The position numbers and the translations under genes are program-made. The notes beneath the pieces were generated by a model, which saw only the letters and a list, made by a program, of their open reading frames with translations, did not search any database and had not been told where the DNA came from. From Amphiscolops sp. MND2022 (lineage: Eukaryota): a DNA stretch of 64,000 nt. Location: assembly GCA_964187785.1 (NCBI GenBank), contig OZ076409.1:48858001-48922000 (forward strand), written 5' to 3'. Shown here piece by piece: positions 40,101-54,799 of the stretch. Every line of letters begins with the position of its first letter. Position 1 is the first letter of the stretch.

Positions 40101-43100
40101 AACCCTCCCATTTTCCAAATTTCAAAGATTTTATGCATTTTTTCCAAATTTTCGACCGACTTAATGGATTGGAACGTTGAAAAGGGTCAACAAGGAAAAA
40201 CCGTGTTGTCCAGTAGGCTTTTTTGAAGAGTTTATTTTAGTTTCCGTTTTGAAAATGTCTTAAATTGTCAACGAAAATGACAAAAACCCAAAAGTTTCAA
40301 ATTTTCAAAGTTTTTAAGCATTTTTGTTAAAGTTTCGACAGTCTTCTTGGATTGAAATGTTTTACAGTGTCAACAAAAAACAAATTGTTGTCCAGTAGAC
40401 TTTAATGAAGAGATAGTGGCAAAATTCGAATGAAAATGTTTCAAATTGACACCGAAAATGACAAAAACCTAAAATTTCCCAATTTTCAAAGATTTCATCA
40501 ATTATTTGTTGAAGTTTCGACAGTCTTCTTGGATTGAACTTTTTAAAGGATCAAAAAGAAACAATTCGTTGTCCAGAAGTCTTTATTGAAGAGATAGTTG
40601 CATTGTTTTGATTGAAAATGTCTCAAATTGACTTCGAAATGAACAAAATCTCAAAAGATTCGAATTTTTAAAGATTTTATGCAGTTTTTTCTAAAATTTC
40701 GATAGATTTTATGGATTGGAACGTAGAAAAGGGTCAACAAGGCACGAATGTTTTGTCCAGTAGGCTTTTCGGAACAGTTTTTTGCTGTTTTTTTGGTGAC
40801 AATGTCTCAAATTGACACCAAAAATGACAAAAACCCAAAACTCTCCATTTTTCAATGTTTTTATGCATTTTTTGATAAACTTTCGACAGTCTTGGTGGAT
40901 TCGAAAATTTTAAAGCGTCCAGAAGAAACATTTTGTTGTCCAGTGGGCTCCTTCGAAGAGATAATTGCTGTGTTGTAAATTCAAAAATCTCAAATTGAGA
41001 CCGAAAATGACAAAAACCCTACCATTTTCCAAATTTCAAAGATTTTATGCACTTTTTTTCCAAATTTTTGACAGACTCAATGGATTGGAACATTGAAAAG
41101 GGTCAACAAGGAACGAACGTGTTGTCCAGTAGGCGTTTCCGAAGAGTTTATTTTAGTTTCCGTTTTGAAATGTCCTAAATTATCAACGAAAATGACAAAA
41201 ACCTAAAAAGTTCCTAATTTTCAAAGTTTTTAAGCATTTTTGTTAAAGTTTCGACAGTCTTCTTGGATTGAAATGTTTTACAGGGTCAACAAAAAACAAT
41301 TTATTGTCCAGTAGTCTTTATTGAAGAGATAGTTGCAAAATTCCGAATGAAAATGTCTCAAATTGACACTACCGAAAATGACAAAAAACTCAAAAGTTTC
41401 GAATTTCCAAAGATTTCATTCAGTTTTTTTTCCAAAATTTCAATGGGTTTTATAGATTGGAACATTGAAAAGGTCAACAATGAAAAAATGTTATGTCCAG
41501 TAGGCTTTTTGGAGGAGTTAATTACAGTATTTTAAGTGACAATGTCTCAAATTGACACCGAAAATGACAAAAACTTCAAAATTTCCCAATTTTCAAGATT
41601 TTATGCATTTTTTGTTGAAGTTTCGACAGTCTTCTTAGATTGAACTGTTTTAAAGGGTCAAAAAGAAACAATTCGTTGTCCAGTAGTCTATAATGAGGAG
41701 ATAGTTTCAATGTTTTGATTGAAAGTGTGTCAAATTGACACCAAAAATGACAAAAATCTCGAAATTTTCGAATTTCCAGAGACTTTTTTTGCAATTTTTT
41801 TTCCAAAATTTCAATGGATTTTATAGATTGGAACGTTGAAAAGGGTCAACAAGGAAAAACCGTGTTGTCCAGTAGGCTTTTTTGAAGAGTTTATTTTAGT
41901 TTCCGTTTTGAAAATGTCTTAAATTGTCAACGAAAATGACAAAAACCCAAAAGTTTCAAATTTTCAAAGTTTTTAAGCATTTTTGTTAAAGTTTCGACAG
42001 TCTTCTTGGATTGAAATGTTTTACAGTGTCAACAAAAAACAAATTGTTGTCCAGTAGACTTTAATGAAGAGATAGTGGCAAAATTCGAATGAAAATGTTT
42101 CAAATTGACACCGAAAATGACAAAAACCTAAAATTTCCCAATTTTCAAAGATTTCATCAATTTTTTGTTGAAGTTTCGACAGTCTTCTTGGATTGAACTG
42201 TTTTAAAGGATCAAAAAGAAACAATTCGTTGTCCAGAAGTCTTTATTGAAGAGATAGTTGCATTGTTTTGATTGAAAATGTCTCAAATTGACTTCGAAAT
42301 GAACAAAATCTCAAAAGATTCGAATTTTTAAAGATTTTATGCAGTTTTTTCTAAAATTTCGATAGATTTTATGGATTGGAACGTAGAAAAGGGTCAACAA
42401 GGCACGAATGTTTTGTCCAGTAGGCTTTTCGGAACAGTTTTTTGCTGTTTTTTTAGTGACAATGTCTCAAATTGACACCAAAAATGACAAAAACCCAAAA
42501 CTCTCCATTTTTCAATGTTTTTATGCATTTTTTGATAAACTTTCGACAGTCTTGGTGGATTCGAAAATTTTAAAGCGTCCAGAAGAAACATTTTGTTGTC
42601 CAGTGGGCTCCTTCGAAGAGATAATTGCTGTGTTGTAAATTCAAAAATCTCAAATTGAGACCGAAAATGACAAAAACCCTACCATTTTCCAAATTTCAAA
42701 GATTTTATGCATTTTTTTTCCAAATTTTTGACAGACTCAATGGATTGGAACATTGAAAAGGGTCAACAAGGAAAGAACGTGTTGTCCAGTAGGCGTTTCC
42801 GAAGAGTTTATTTTAGTTTCCGTTTTGAAATGTCCTAAATTATCAACGAAAATGACAAAAACCTAAAAAGTTCCTAATTTTCAAAGTTTTTAAGCATTTT
42901 TGTTAAAGTTTCGACAGTCTTCTTGGATTGAAATGTTTTACAGGGTCAACAAAAAACAATTTGTTGTCCAGTAGTCTTTATTGAAGAGATAGTTGCAAAA
43001 TTCCGAATGAAAATGTCTCAAATTGACACTACCGAAAATGACAAAAAACTCAAAAGTTTCGAATTTCCAAAGATTTCATTCAGTTTTTTCCAAAATTTCA

Positions 43101-46100
43101 ATGGGTTTTATAGATTGGAACATTGAAAAGGTCAACAATGAAAAAATGTTATGTCCAGTAGGCTTTTTGGAGGAGTTAATTACAGTATTTTAAGTGACAA
43201 TGTCTCAAATTGACACCGAAAATGACAAAAACTTCAAAATTTCCCAATTTTCAAGATTTTATGCATTTTTTGTTGAAGTTTCGACAGTCTTCTTAGATTG
43301 AACTGTTTTAAAGGGTCAAAAAGAAACAATTCGTTGTCCAGTAGTCTATAATGAGGAGATAGTTTCAATGTTTTGATTGAAAGTGTGTCAAATTGACACC
43401 AAAAATGACAAAAATCTCGAAATTTTCGAATTTCCAGAGACTTTTTTTGCAATTTTTTTTCCAAAATTTCAATGGATTTTATAGATTGGAACGTTGAAAA
43501 AGGTCAACAATGAAAAAATTTGTTGTCCAGTTGGCTTTTTTGAACAGTTTATTGCAGTTTTTTTGGTGACAATGACTCTCAAGTTTTCGAAGTTTTATGC
43601 ATTTTTTGTTAAAGTTTCGACGGTCTTCCTAAATTAAAATGTTTTAAAGGGTCAGAAAGAAACATTTCGTTGTCCGGTAGGCTTTTTCGAAGAGATAATT
43701 GCCGTTTTGTAAATGAAAAAATCTCAAAATGACACCGAAAATGACAAAAACCCTACCATTTTCCAAATTTCAAAGATTTTATGCATTTTTTTTCCAAATT
43801 TTTGACAGACTTAATGGATTGGAACATTGAAAAGGGTCAACAAGGAAAGAACGTGTTGTCCAGTAGGCTTTTCCGAAGAGTTTATTTTAGTTTCCGTTTC
43901 GAAATGTCCTAAATTATCAACGAAAATGACAAAAACCTAAAAAGTTCCTAGTTTTCAAAGTTTTTAAGCATTTTTGTTAAAGTTTCGACAGTCTTCTTGG
44001 ATTGAAATGTTTTACAGTGTCAACAAAAAACAAATTGTTATCCAGTAGACTTTAATGAAGAGATAGTGGCAAAATTCGAAAGAAAATGTTTCAAATTGAC
44101 ACCGAAAATGACAAAAACCTAAAATTTCCCAATTTTCAAAGATTTCATCAATTTTTTGTTGAAGTTTCGACAGTCTTCTTGGATTGAACTGTTTTAAAGG
44201 ATCAAAAAGAAACAATTTGTTGTCCAGAAGTCTTTATTGAAGAGATAGTTGCATTGTTTTGATTGAAAATGTCTCAAATTGACTTCGAAATGAACAAAAT
44301 CTAAAAACATTCGAATTTCTAAGGATTTTATGCAGTTTTTTCTAAAATTTCGATAGATTTTATGGATTGGAACGTAGAAAAGTTTCAACAAGGCACAAAT
44401 GTGTTGTCCAGTAGGCTTTTTGGAACAGTTTTTTGCTGTTTTTTTAGTGACAATGTCTCAAATTGACACCAAAAATGACAAAAAACCCAAAACTCTCAAA
44501 TTTTCAAAGTTTTTATGCATTTTTTGATAAAGTTTCGACAGTCTTCTTGGATTCGAAAATTTTAAGGTGTCAGAAAGAAACACTTTGTTGTCCGGTAGGC
44601 TTTTTCGAAGAGATAATTGCCGTTTTGTAAATGAAAAAATCTCAAAATCACACCTCAAAATGACACAAGCATTTATGCATTTTTTTCCAGATTTTTGACA
44701 GACTTAGTGGATTAGAACATTGAAAAGGGTCAACAAGGAAAAAACGTGTTGTCCAGTAGGCTTTTCCGAAGAGTTTATTTTAGTTTCCGTTTTGAAAATG
44801 TCTTAAATTATCAACAAAAATGACAAAAACCCAAAAAGTTTCTGATTTTCAAAGTTTTTGAGCATTTTTGTTGAAGTTTCGACAGTCTTCTTAGATTGAA
44901 CTGTTTTAAAGAGTCAAAAAGAAACAATTCGTTGTCCAGTAGTCTTTAATGAAGAGATAGTTGTAATGTTTTGATTGAAAATGTTTCAAATTGACACCAA
45001 AAATGACAAAAATCACGAAATTTTCCAAATTCCAAAGATTTTAAACAGTTTTTTTCCACAATTTCAACAAATTTTCAGGATTCGAACATTGGAAAGTGTC
45101 AACAAGGAAAAAATTTGTTGTCCAGTAGGCTTTTTTGAAGAGATAATTGCCATTTTGTAACTGAAAAAATATCAAATTGACACCGAAAATGACAAAAACC
45201 CTCCCATTTTCCAAATTTCAAAGATTTTATGCATTTTTTCCAAATTTTCGACGGACTTAATGGATTGGAACGTTGAAAAGGGTCAACAAGGAAAAAAAGT
45301 GTTGTCCAGTAGGCTTTTTTGAAGAGTTTATTTTAGTTTCCGTTTTGAAAATGTCTTAAATTGTCAACGAAAATGACAAAAACCCAAAAGTTTCAAATTT
45401 TCAAAATTTTTAAGCATTTTTGTTAAAGTTTCGACAGTCTTCTTGGATTGAAATGTTTTACAGTGTCAACAAAAAACAAATTGTTGTCCAGTAGACTTTA
45501 ATGAAGAGATAGTGGCAAAATTCGAATGAAAATGTTTCAAATTGACACCGAAAATGACAAAAACCTAAAATTTCCCAATTTTCAAAGATTCCATCAATTT
45601 TTTGTTGAAGTTTCGACAGTCTTCTTGGATTGAACTGTTTTAAAGGATCAAAAAGAAACAATTCGTTGTCCAGAAGTCTTTATTGAAGAGATAGTTGCAT
45701 TGTTTTGATTGAAAATGTCTCAAATTGACTTCGAAATGAACAAAATCTCAAAAGATTCGAATTTTTAAAGATTTTATGCAGTTTTTTCTGAAATTTCGAT
45801 AGATTTTATGGATTGGAACGTAGAAAAGGGTCAACAAGGCACGAATGTTTTGTCCAGTAGGCTTTTCGGAACAGTTTTTTGCTGTTTTTTTAGTGACAAT
45901 GTCTCAAATTGACACAAAAAATGACAAAAAACCCAAAACTCTCCATTTTTCAATGTTTTTATGCATTTTTTGATAAACTTTCGACAGTCTTGGTGGATTC
46001 GAAAATTTTAAAGCATCCAGAAGAAACATTTTGTTGTCCAGTAGGCTCCTTCGAAGAGATAATTGCTGTGTTGTAAATTCAAAAATCTCAAATTGAGACC

Positions 46101-49100
46101 GAAAATGACAAAAACCCTACCATTTTCCAAATTTCAAAGATTTTATGCATTTTTTTTCCAAATTTTTGACAGACTCAATGGATTGGAACATTGAAAAGGG
46201 TCAACAAGGAAAGAACGTGTTGTCCAGTAGGCTTTTCCGAAGAGTTTATTTTAGTTTCCGTTTTGAAATGTCCTAAATTATCAACGAAAATGACAAAAAC
46301 CTAAAAAGTTCCTAATTTTCAAAGTTTTTAAGCATTTTTGTTAAAGTTTCGACAGTCTTCTTGGATTGAAATGTTTTACAGGGTCAACAAAAAAACAATT
46401 TGTTGTCCAGTAGTCTTTATTGAAGAGATAGTTGCAAAATTCCGAATGAAAATGTCTCAAATTGACACTACCGAAAATGACAAAAAACTCAAAAGTTTCG
46501 AATTTCCAAAGATTTCATTCAGTTTTTTTCCAAAATTTCAATGGGTTTTATCGATTGGAACATTGAAAAGGTCAACAATGAAAAAATGTTATGTCCAGTA
46601 GGCTTTTTGGAGGAGTTAATTACAGTATTTTAAGTGACAATGTCTCAAATTGACACCGAAAATGACAAAAACTTCAAAATTTCACAATTTTCAAGATTTT
46701 ATGCATTTTTTGTTGAAGTTTCGACAGTCTTCTTAGATTGAACTGTTTTAAAGGGTCAAAAAGAAACAATTAGTTGTCCAGTAGTCTATAATGAGGAGAT
46801 AGTTTCAATGTTTTGATTGAAAGTGTGTCAAATTGACACCAAAAATGACAAAAATCTCGAAATTTTCGAATTTCCAGAGCCTTTTTTTTGCATTTTTTTC
46901 CAAAATTTCAATGGATTTTATAGATTGGAACGTTGAAAAAGGTCAACAATGAAAAAATTTGTTGTCCAGTTGGCTTTTTTGAACAGTTTATTGCAGTTTT
47001 TTTGGTGACAATGACTCTCAAGTTTTCGAAGTTTTATGCATTTTTTTGTTAAAGTTTCGACGGTCTTCCTAAATTGAAATGTTTTAAAGGGTCAGAAAGA
47101 AACATTTCGTTGTTCGGTAGGCTTTTTCGAAGAGATAATTGCCGTTTTGTAAATGAAAAAATCTCAAAATGACACCGAAAATGACAAAAACCCTACCATT
47201 TTCCAAATTTCAAAGATTTTATGCATTTTTTTCCAAATTTTTGACAGACTTAATGGATTGGAACATTGAAAAGGGTCAACAAGGAAAGAACGTGTTGTCC
47301 AGTAGGCTTTTCCGAAGAGTTTATTTTAGTTTCCGTTTCGAAATGTCCTAAATTATCAACGAAAATGACAAAAACCTAAAAAGTTCCTAGTTTTCAAAGT
47401 TTTTAAGCATTTTTGTTAAAGTTTCGACAGTCTTCTTGGATTGAAATGTTTTACAGGGTCAACAAAAAAACAATTTGTTGTCCAGTAGTCTTTATTGAAG
47501 AGATAGTTGCAAAATTCCGAATGAAAATGTCTCAAATTGACACTACCGAAAATTACAAAAAACTCAAAAGTTTCGAATTTCCAAAGATTTCATTCAGTTT
47601 TTTTTCCAAAATTTCAATGGGTTTTATAGATTTGGAACATTGAAAAGGTCAAAAATGAAAAAATGTTATGTCCAGTAGGCTTTTTGGAGGAGTTAATTAC
47701 AGTATTTTAAATGACAATGTCTCAAATTGACACCGAAAATGACAAAAACTTCAAAATTTCCCAATTTTCAAGATTTTATGCATTTTTTGTTGAAGTTTCG
47801 ACAGTCTTCTTAGATTGAACTGTTTTAAAGGGTCAAAAAGAAACAATTCGTTGTCCAGTAGTCTTTAATGAAGAGATAGTTTCAATGTTTTGATTGAAAG
47901 TGTGTCAAATTGACACCGAAAATGACAAAAATCTCGAAATTTTCGAATTTCCAGAGACTTTTTTTTGCAATTTTTTTCCAAAATTTCAATGGATTTTATA
48001 GATTGGAACGTTGAAAAGGGTCAACAATGAAAAAATTTGTTGTCCAGTAGGCTTTTTTGAACAGTTTATTGCAGTTTTTTTGGTGACAATGACTCTCAAG
48101 TTTTCGAAGTTCTTATGCATTTTTTGTTAAAGTTTCGACGGTCTTCCTAAATTGAAATGTTTTACAGGGTCAGAAAGAAACATTTCGTTGTCCGGTAGGC
48201 TTTTTCGAAGAGATAATTGCCGTTTTGTAAATGAAAACATCTCAAAATGACACCGAAAATGACAAAAACCCTACCATTTTCCAAATTTCAAAGATTTTAT
48301 GCATTTTTTTTCCAAATTTTTGACAGACTTAATGAATTGGAACATTGAAAAGGGTCAACAAGGAAAGAACGTGTTGTCCAGTAGGCTTTTCCGAAGAGTT
48401 TATTTTAGTTTCCGTTTCGAAATGTCCTGAATTATCAACGAAAATGACAAAAACCTAAAAAGTTCCTAGTTTTCAAAGTTTTTAAGCATTTTTGTTAAAG
48501 TTTCGACAGTCTTCTTGGACTGAAATGTTTTACAGGGTCAACAAAAAAACAAGTCCAGTAGTCTTGTTGTCCAGTAGTCTTTATTGAAGAGATAGTTGCA
48601 AAATTCCGAATGAAAATGTCTCAAATTGACACTACCGAAAATGACAAAAAACTCAAAAGTTTCGAATTTCCAAAGATTTCTTTCAGTTTTTTTCCAAAAT
48701 TTCAATGGGTTTTATAGATTGGAACATTGAAAAGGTCAAAAATGAAAAAATGTTATGTACAGTAGGCTTTTTGGAGGAGTTAATTACAGTATTTTAAATG
48801 ACAATGTCTCAAATTGACACCGAAAATGACAAAAACTTCAAAATTTCCCAATTTTCAAGATTTTATGCATTTTTTGTTGAAGTTTCGACAGTCTTCTGAG
48901 ATTGAACTGTTTTAAAGGGTCAAAAAGAAACAATTCGTTGTCCAGTAGTCTTTAATGAAGAGATAGTTTCAATGTTTTGATTGAAAGTGTGTCAAATTGT
49001 CACCGAAAATGACAAAAATCTCGAAATTTTCGAATTTCCAGAGACTTTTTTTTGCAATTTTTTTCCAAAATTTCAATGGATTTTATAGATTGGAACGTTG

Positions 49101-50130
49101 AAAAGGGTCAACAATGAAAAAATTTGTTGTCCAGTAGGCTTTTTTGAACAGTTTATTGCAGTTTTTTTGGTGACAATGACTCTCAAGTTTTCGAAGTTCT
49201 TATGCATTTTTTGTTAAAGTTTCGACAGTATACCTAAATTAAAATGTTTTAAAGGGTCAGAAAGAAACATTTCGTTGTCCGGTAGGCTTTTTTGAAGAGA
49301 TAATTGCCGTTTTGTAAATGAAAAACTCTCAAAATGACACCGAAAATGACAAAAACCCTACCATTTTCCAAATTTCAAAGATTTTATGCATTTTTTTCCA
49401 AATTTTTGACAGACTTAATGGATTAGAACATTGAAAAGGGTCAACAAGGAAAAAACGTGTTGTCCAATAGGCTTTTCCGAAGAGTTTATTTTAGTTTCCG
49501 TTTTGAAAATGTCTTAAATTATCAACGAAAATGACAAAAACCCAAAAATTTCAAAATTTCAAAGTTTTTAAGCAGTTTTGTTAAAGTTTCGACAGTCTTC
49601 TTGGATTGAACTGTTTTAAAGGGTCAAAAAGAAACAATTTGTTGTCCAGTTGTCTTTTTCGAAGAGATAGTTGCAATGTTCTGAATGAAATTGTCTCGAA
49701 TCGACACCGAAATTGACAAAAATCTCAAAGTTTTCCAATTTTCGAAGCTTTTATGCGTTTTTTCCCCAATTTTTGACAAACTTTATGGATTGGAACGTTG
49801 GACAGGGTCAACAAGGAAAGAATGTGTTGTCCAGTAGGCTTCTCCGAAAAGTTTATTGCACTTCCCTTTTTTGAAAACATCTTAAATTGTCACCGAAAAT
49901 GACAAAAACCCAAAATTTTTAAATTTTCAAAGTTTATATGCATTTTTGTTAAAGTTTCAATAGACTTCGTAAATTGGAATGTTTTGAATTGTCAACAACA
50001 AGGAAGAGGTTTGTTGTCCAGTAGTCTTTTGTGAAGAGATAATTGCAAAGTTCTCAACAAAAATGTCTCAAACTTACACCGAAAGTGATAAAAATCACAA
50101 AATTTTCCAATTTTCAATGCTTTTTTTTGC
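25123..50130 (+). repeat. Satellite DNA, about 183-bp monomer, 5-monomer higher-order repeat (about 916 bp) with variant HORs, about 25 kb
   Basis: Anchor C(G/A)AAA(A)T at 25164, 25349, 25532, 25715, 25896 and 26080 (spacing 181-185); the same monomer type returns after 916 bp. Conserved cores GACACCGAAAATGACAAAAA, TTGTCCAGTAG and GGTCAACAA. Confidence 0.97.
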
Positions 50131-50142
50131 AAAAGGGTCAAA

Positions 50143-51160
50143 ATAGTGTTTCAAAAAGATATCAGACGAGTTTATTTGCCTAACGTTCGAAAACTTTTTT
50201 TGAAAATAAGAATTTCTACCTCATTTATAAAATATTTGATATTCAAAAACCTCCAAGCAAAATCACTGGATATGGAGTAAACCTTCCATAGGAAGATTTT
50301 TAAACCTACTTCGTGGGTTGAATGGGATATACATTCAAGAACAGCTAAACTCGGGTCCAGTAGGATTAATTTCAAAGAGACCTCTGTGGATTCATTGGCT
50401 CAATGTGACTCCAAAGTTGTCAAAACTATTTCCAATTTTTGACACTTTTGGTGAAACTAGGTGCAAAAATACAACAAGTCAGGATCGCTCCAAGTTTGCG
50501 CCGCGCTCAAGTTTCCAAAACTTGCGAAGGACCCTACTTTCAAAATCTATCAATTTCTGAGTGCCGAAAAAACTCCCAAAAAATACGCTTGAGACTAGGA
50601 AACCACTCTTTGCCCAGGAGGAATCACAAAAAAATCCTATTGTGATTTTTTTCCGGGAAAGTTCTATGATGGCGAAACGAGTTTCAGCTCGAAAAACTAC
50701 TTTTCTCAAGCCGATATCAGGTATGAAAGCAAGAACTACTTTTTGACCAAACGAAAGTTCCGGAAAGACGCAGAGTCGAAAAGGAAATCTCCTCAGTTCC
50801 ATATGATCAAAAGTAACAAAGAAGTCACCTCCACGAATCGGGAAACCTATTTCCTTCACAGAAAACCTCAAGAAATAAAAATTGCGAAAAATGTATCCAA
50901 AAATTATCTTCAAAAAAGCTGTTGAAAATTCTCTTTTCTTTGTAAGTCGCATAGTGCCGAAAAAACGAAATGTGGGCAGCTATCGCAGAAATTATAAATT
51001 AGGGGTTCCTTCAAAATAGGCTAAGATGAATCGAAGCTTTCTTTTTTTCGAACTTCTTTGCGTTTTTATAGTGCATTGACTATTCTTGAGCCTCAAATTT
51101 ATTTAGTTGTAGAACACTTTGGGGCGGAAAATATCTCGCTACTCAGCGGGCGTCTTGTTG
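50143..51160 (+). mobile_element. About 1-kb non-satellite tail following the array; probable 3' part of a Helitron-like non-autonomous element
   Basis: Diverged duplicate of 53702-54638; ends ctcgctactcagcgggcgtcttgtt (decayed hairpin plus CTTG). Confidence 0.55.
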
Positions 51161-51779
51161 TTTTCTAAAATAAACTCTATCGATACCTTTTTTGACATAA
51201 CTAAAAGAGCGAATAAGACGAGAAACACGGAAAATTTTAGGCTTGAAACGCGTAAAATTTTCAAGCAATACTCAGTGCGTTCCAGGAAAAATTTCACAGG
51301 TCTAGGAGTGCCGAAAAAAACCATAGGGAGTTTCTTCTTAAGTTTAATTTCTTAAGCGTTAATTTTTTTCTACGCACTAATCCACCTTGTGCCAGGAGAT
51401 GGATCGTTGAATCCAAAGATTGTCGACTTTTTGAGCCGTCTTGAAACGAACTGAACTAATGCATTTTTCTAAGTCTTCTTTCCGAAAAAACAATTCCATA
51501 AAAATTGGATGAAACAATCAGAGTTCAAAATTATTTCAACAAAATTACTTTTTGCTAGACAGAAGTCGAGGGTTTGAATATTTTGATCCGGACAAACTGA
51601 ATTTCAGTAAGCTCTAAAGACACCAAAGTTTCTTTTTCATTTTCCGCCCATATTTCATATGGGAAAGGAAAATATTTATATCGAACCGGTTTTTTTACAA
51701 AATTTGCCAAGAATTTATTTATATCAAAGCTAAAGGGTTTCACCCATAGAATTCAGCTCACATAAATTTAGCTTCGTGC

Positions 51780-54638
51780 GATTTGTATTTGTGGAGATTT
51801 CCGGACATTTTTAGTTGACCCCAAGGACCCCAGAATGACCCCAAAATAACCCAAAAATGACCCCAAAAAATGCATGTTTTTACGTTTTGATGCAATTTTT
51901 GTCGAGTTTCCGATAACTGTCGTGGATTAGAATGTTGAAAAGATTCACAAAGACAAGAACTCGTTGTCCAGTAGTCGTTTATGAAGAGATAAATGCGTTT
52001 TTTTTTGGAAAGAAAAAGACCCAAAAATGACAAAGAAAACCAAAAATTTCCAGATTTTTAACGTGTTTAAGCAATTTTTGTCAAATTTTCGATAGAATTC
52101 GTGGACTAGAATGTTCAAAACGATCAATTCAACATAGTACAAGTTTGTTGTCCAGTAGGCGTTTCCGAAGAGATAATGGCTGTTTTTTATTTGAAAAAAG
52201 TATCAAATTGACACCGAAAATGACAAAAGTCCCTAAATTTTTCATTTTTCAAAGTTTCTACGCATTTCTCGTCAAATTTTGGAGACTTCGTGGATTGGAA
52301 TGTTTTAAGGGGTCAACAAGGAAAACTTTGGTTGTCCAGTAATCATTTTTAGGAGTTTATTGCAATTTTGTAAATGAAAATGTCTCAAATTGACACCGAA
52401 ACTGACAAAAAACACAAAATTTTCCAATTTTCAAAGTAAAGTTCTATGCATTTTTTGTTGCAGTTTCACAGACTTCGTGGTTTGGAATGTTTTGAAGGGT
52501 CAACAATGAAAAAATTGGTACGTCCCGTAGTCTTTAATGAAGAGATAATTGCAATGTTCTGATTGAAAATGTCTCAAATTGACACTTAAAATGACAAAAA
52601 TCCCAAAAATTTCCACTTTTCGAAGATTTCATGCATTTTTTTCCAATTTTTTAACAGTCTGCGTCAATTGGAACGTTGAAAAGGGTCAACATGGAAAATA
52701 GGTGTTGTCCAGTATGCTTAGAAAAGAGATAAATGCAGTTTTCCAATAGGAAATTGTCCGGAATTGACATCGAAAATAACAAAATTTCGAAAAATTATCA
52801 AATTCCTTTTTTTTCCGCTTTTTGTCAAAATATCGATAGACTTCGTGGACTAGAGTGTTTAAACGCTCAAGGCGTGGGTAAACTTGTTGTTTCGGTGAGC
52901 TTTCGTTACGAGATAAGTTCAATTCGTAAAAGAAAATGGCCTCAAATTGACCTGAGATTTCAAAATTTCGAAGTTTTTGTCGTTTTTTATGCAATTTCTG
53001 TACATTTTCGAAAGATTTTGTTCTAAGTTCCGCAATCCACTCAACAACGGGAAAACGAGCTATGCAATATTTTCTTGAAGAGAACATTACAGTGTTTCGC
53101 TCCACAAACACTTCAGAATGACTCCAAAGGAGTAAAAAAAATCAACTTTGTTTTTGTGCAACTTGTGTACTTTTTGAATCGTTTTGGTGTTGAATCGTTT
53201 TCCTCAAAATGACACAATTATTGGAAAAACTGAAAATTTTCAAGTTTTTTTTACATTTTCACGCAGTTTTTTGTTGCTTTTTTGACCTACTTCCTTGCAT
53301 AAAATGGTTTTAAACACTCAACACTAACTATTCCGGGTATCTCCAGAAGGCAATTTTCAAGAGATAACTGCATTTTTTGTTGGAATTGGTCTCAAAAACA
53401 CCCAAAAATCCATGAAACAACAAAAAAGCACGTTGTTTGATAAACTAATCCCATTTTTTGTTCAAGCCACGAAAGTTTTTAAGGAAGAGAAGTTCCAATG
53501 ACCTCAGTCTTTAAACAATAAAGTATTCAAAACGCAATTGTGGGGAAAAGAGGCATGAAGTTCACCGAGTTTACAGCAAAGATGTCAAAGTTCCCGAACT
53601 TTCTTTTTTTTCGACAACATAGTCCCAATTTTGGACACTTTCCGAAAACTTACTTCAATCAGAAATATCATAGGCTCAGGATTGAAACGTCTAGCTACCA
53701 GTAGTATTCCGAAAAGATATCAGACAAATTTATTTGCACAACTTTCAAATACTTTACCTGAAAACGTAAATTTCAACCTCATTTGTCCAATATTTGTCAT
53801 TCAAAAACCTCCAAGCAAATTCACTAGGAAGAAATCCTAAGAAAGATGTTTCGAGCTACTCGTGGGTTAGAATGGTGTAAACATTCAACAACAGCTAAAC
53901 TCGGTGTCCAGTAGGCTTATTTTTGAAGAGACATCTGTAGATTCATGTTAGAAAAGTTCCTCAAATTGACCCTAAACTTGTCAAAACTATTTGCAATTTT
54001 TGACACTTCTGGTGAAGCAATGTACAATAATATAACAAACCGGGATCGCTCAACTTTCCTAAATTTGAAACAGGCCTAATTTCAAGCTTTTACCATTTTT
54101 TTTACCATTTATGGCGAAACGAGTTTCAGCTCGCGAAACTGCTTTTCTCAAGCCGAAATGTGCTATGAAAGCAGGGGTACACTTTGACCAAATGAAAGTT
54201 TCGGAAAGACGTACAGAGTCGAAAAGAACTTAAATGAGGTATTTCCCACAATCAAAATAAAACTCATCAGTTCCACATGATCAAAAGTAACAAAGAGGTC
54301 ACCCTCAAGACCCGGGAAACTTGTTTTCTTTACAGAAAACCTCAAAAACTAAAAATTTTGAAAATTGTTTTTTAGAAAATTATTTTCAAAAAAATTATTG
54401 AAAACTTTCTTTTTTCTCGGCAAGTCGCATAGTGCCGAAAAAACGAAAAGTGACCAGCTCTCTGAAAGAATAAATTAGGGGTTTCCTTTAAAATGGGGTA
54501 CGATGAATCAAAGTTTTCTTTTCTTCGAACTTATTGGCGTTTTTATAGTGCAGTGGCTTATTCTTGAGCCTCAAACTTATGTAGTTGTAGAACAGTTCGG
54601 GGCGGAAAATATCCCGCTGCCCAGCGGGCGTCTTGTTG
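51780..54638 (+). mobile_element. Second copy: short degenerate 183-bp satellite block (about 51850-53700) plus the same 1-kb tail, ending in a hairpin and CTTG
   Basis: Diverged monomers with GACACCGAAAATGACAAAA and TTGTCCAGTAG cores; terminal CCCGCTG-CC-CAGCGGG hairpin at 54613-54628 followed by CGTCTTGTT. Confidence 0.6.
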
Positions 54639-54799
54639 AAATTCAATTTGCAATGTCGGGACCTCTGAACATATATCGTTGAACTGGTTTTCATATCTGA
54701 AGCACAATGTTGTTCTGTTTAGAATAATTTGTCAATTTCTGTCAAAAAACCATTGTGGCTGGAAGTTGGGCGATTCTGGGATATGGAAGTTGGGCGATA

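Noticed and set aside
25745..47643. Dozens of short K/F-rich ORFs
   Set aside because: They are translations of satellite monomers, recur with the repeat period and have no coding features.
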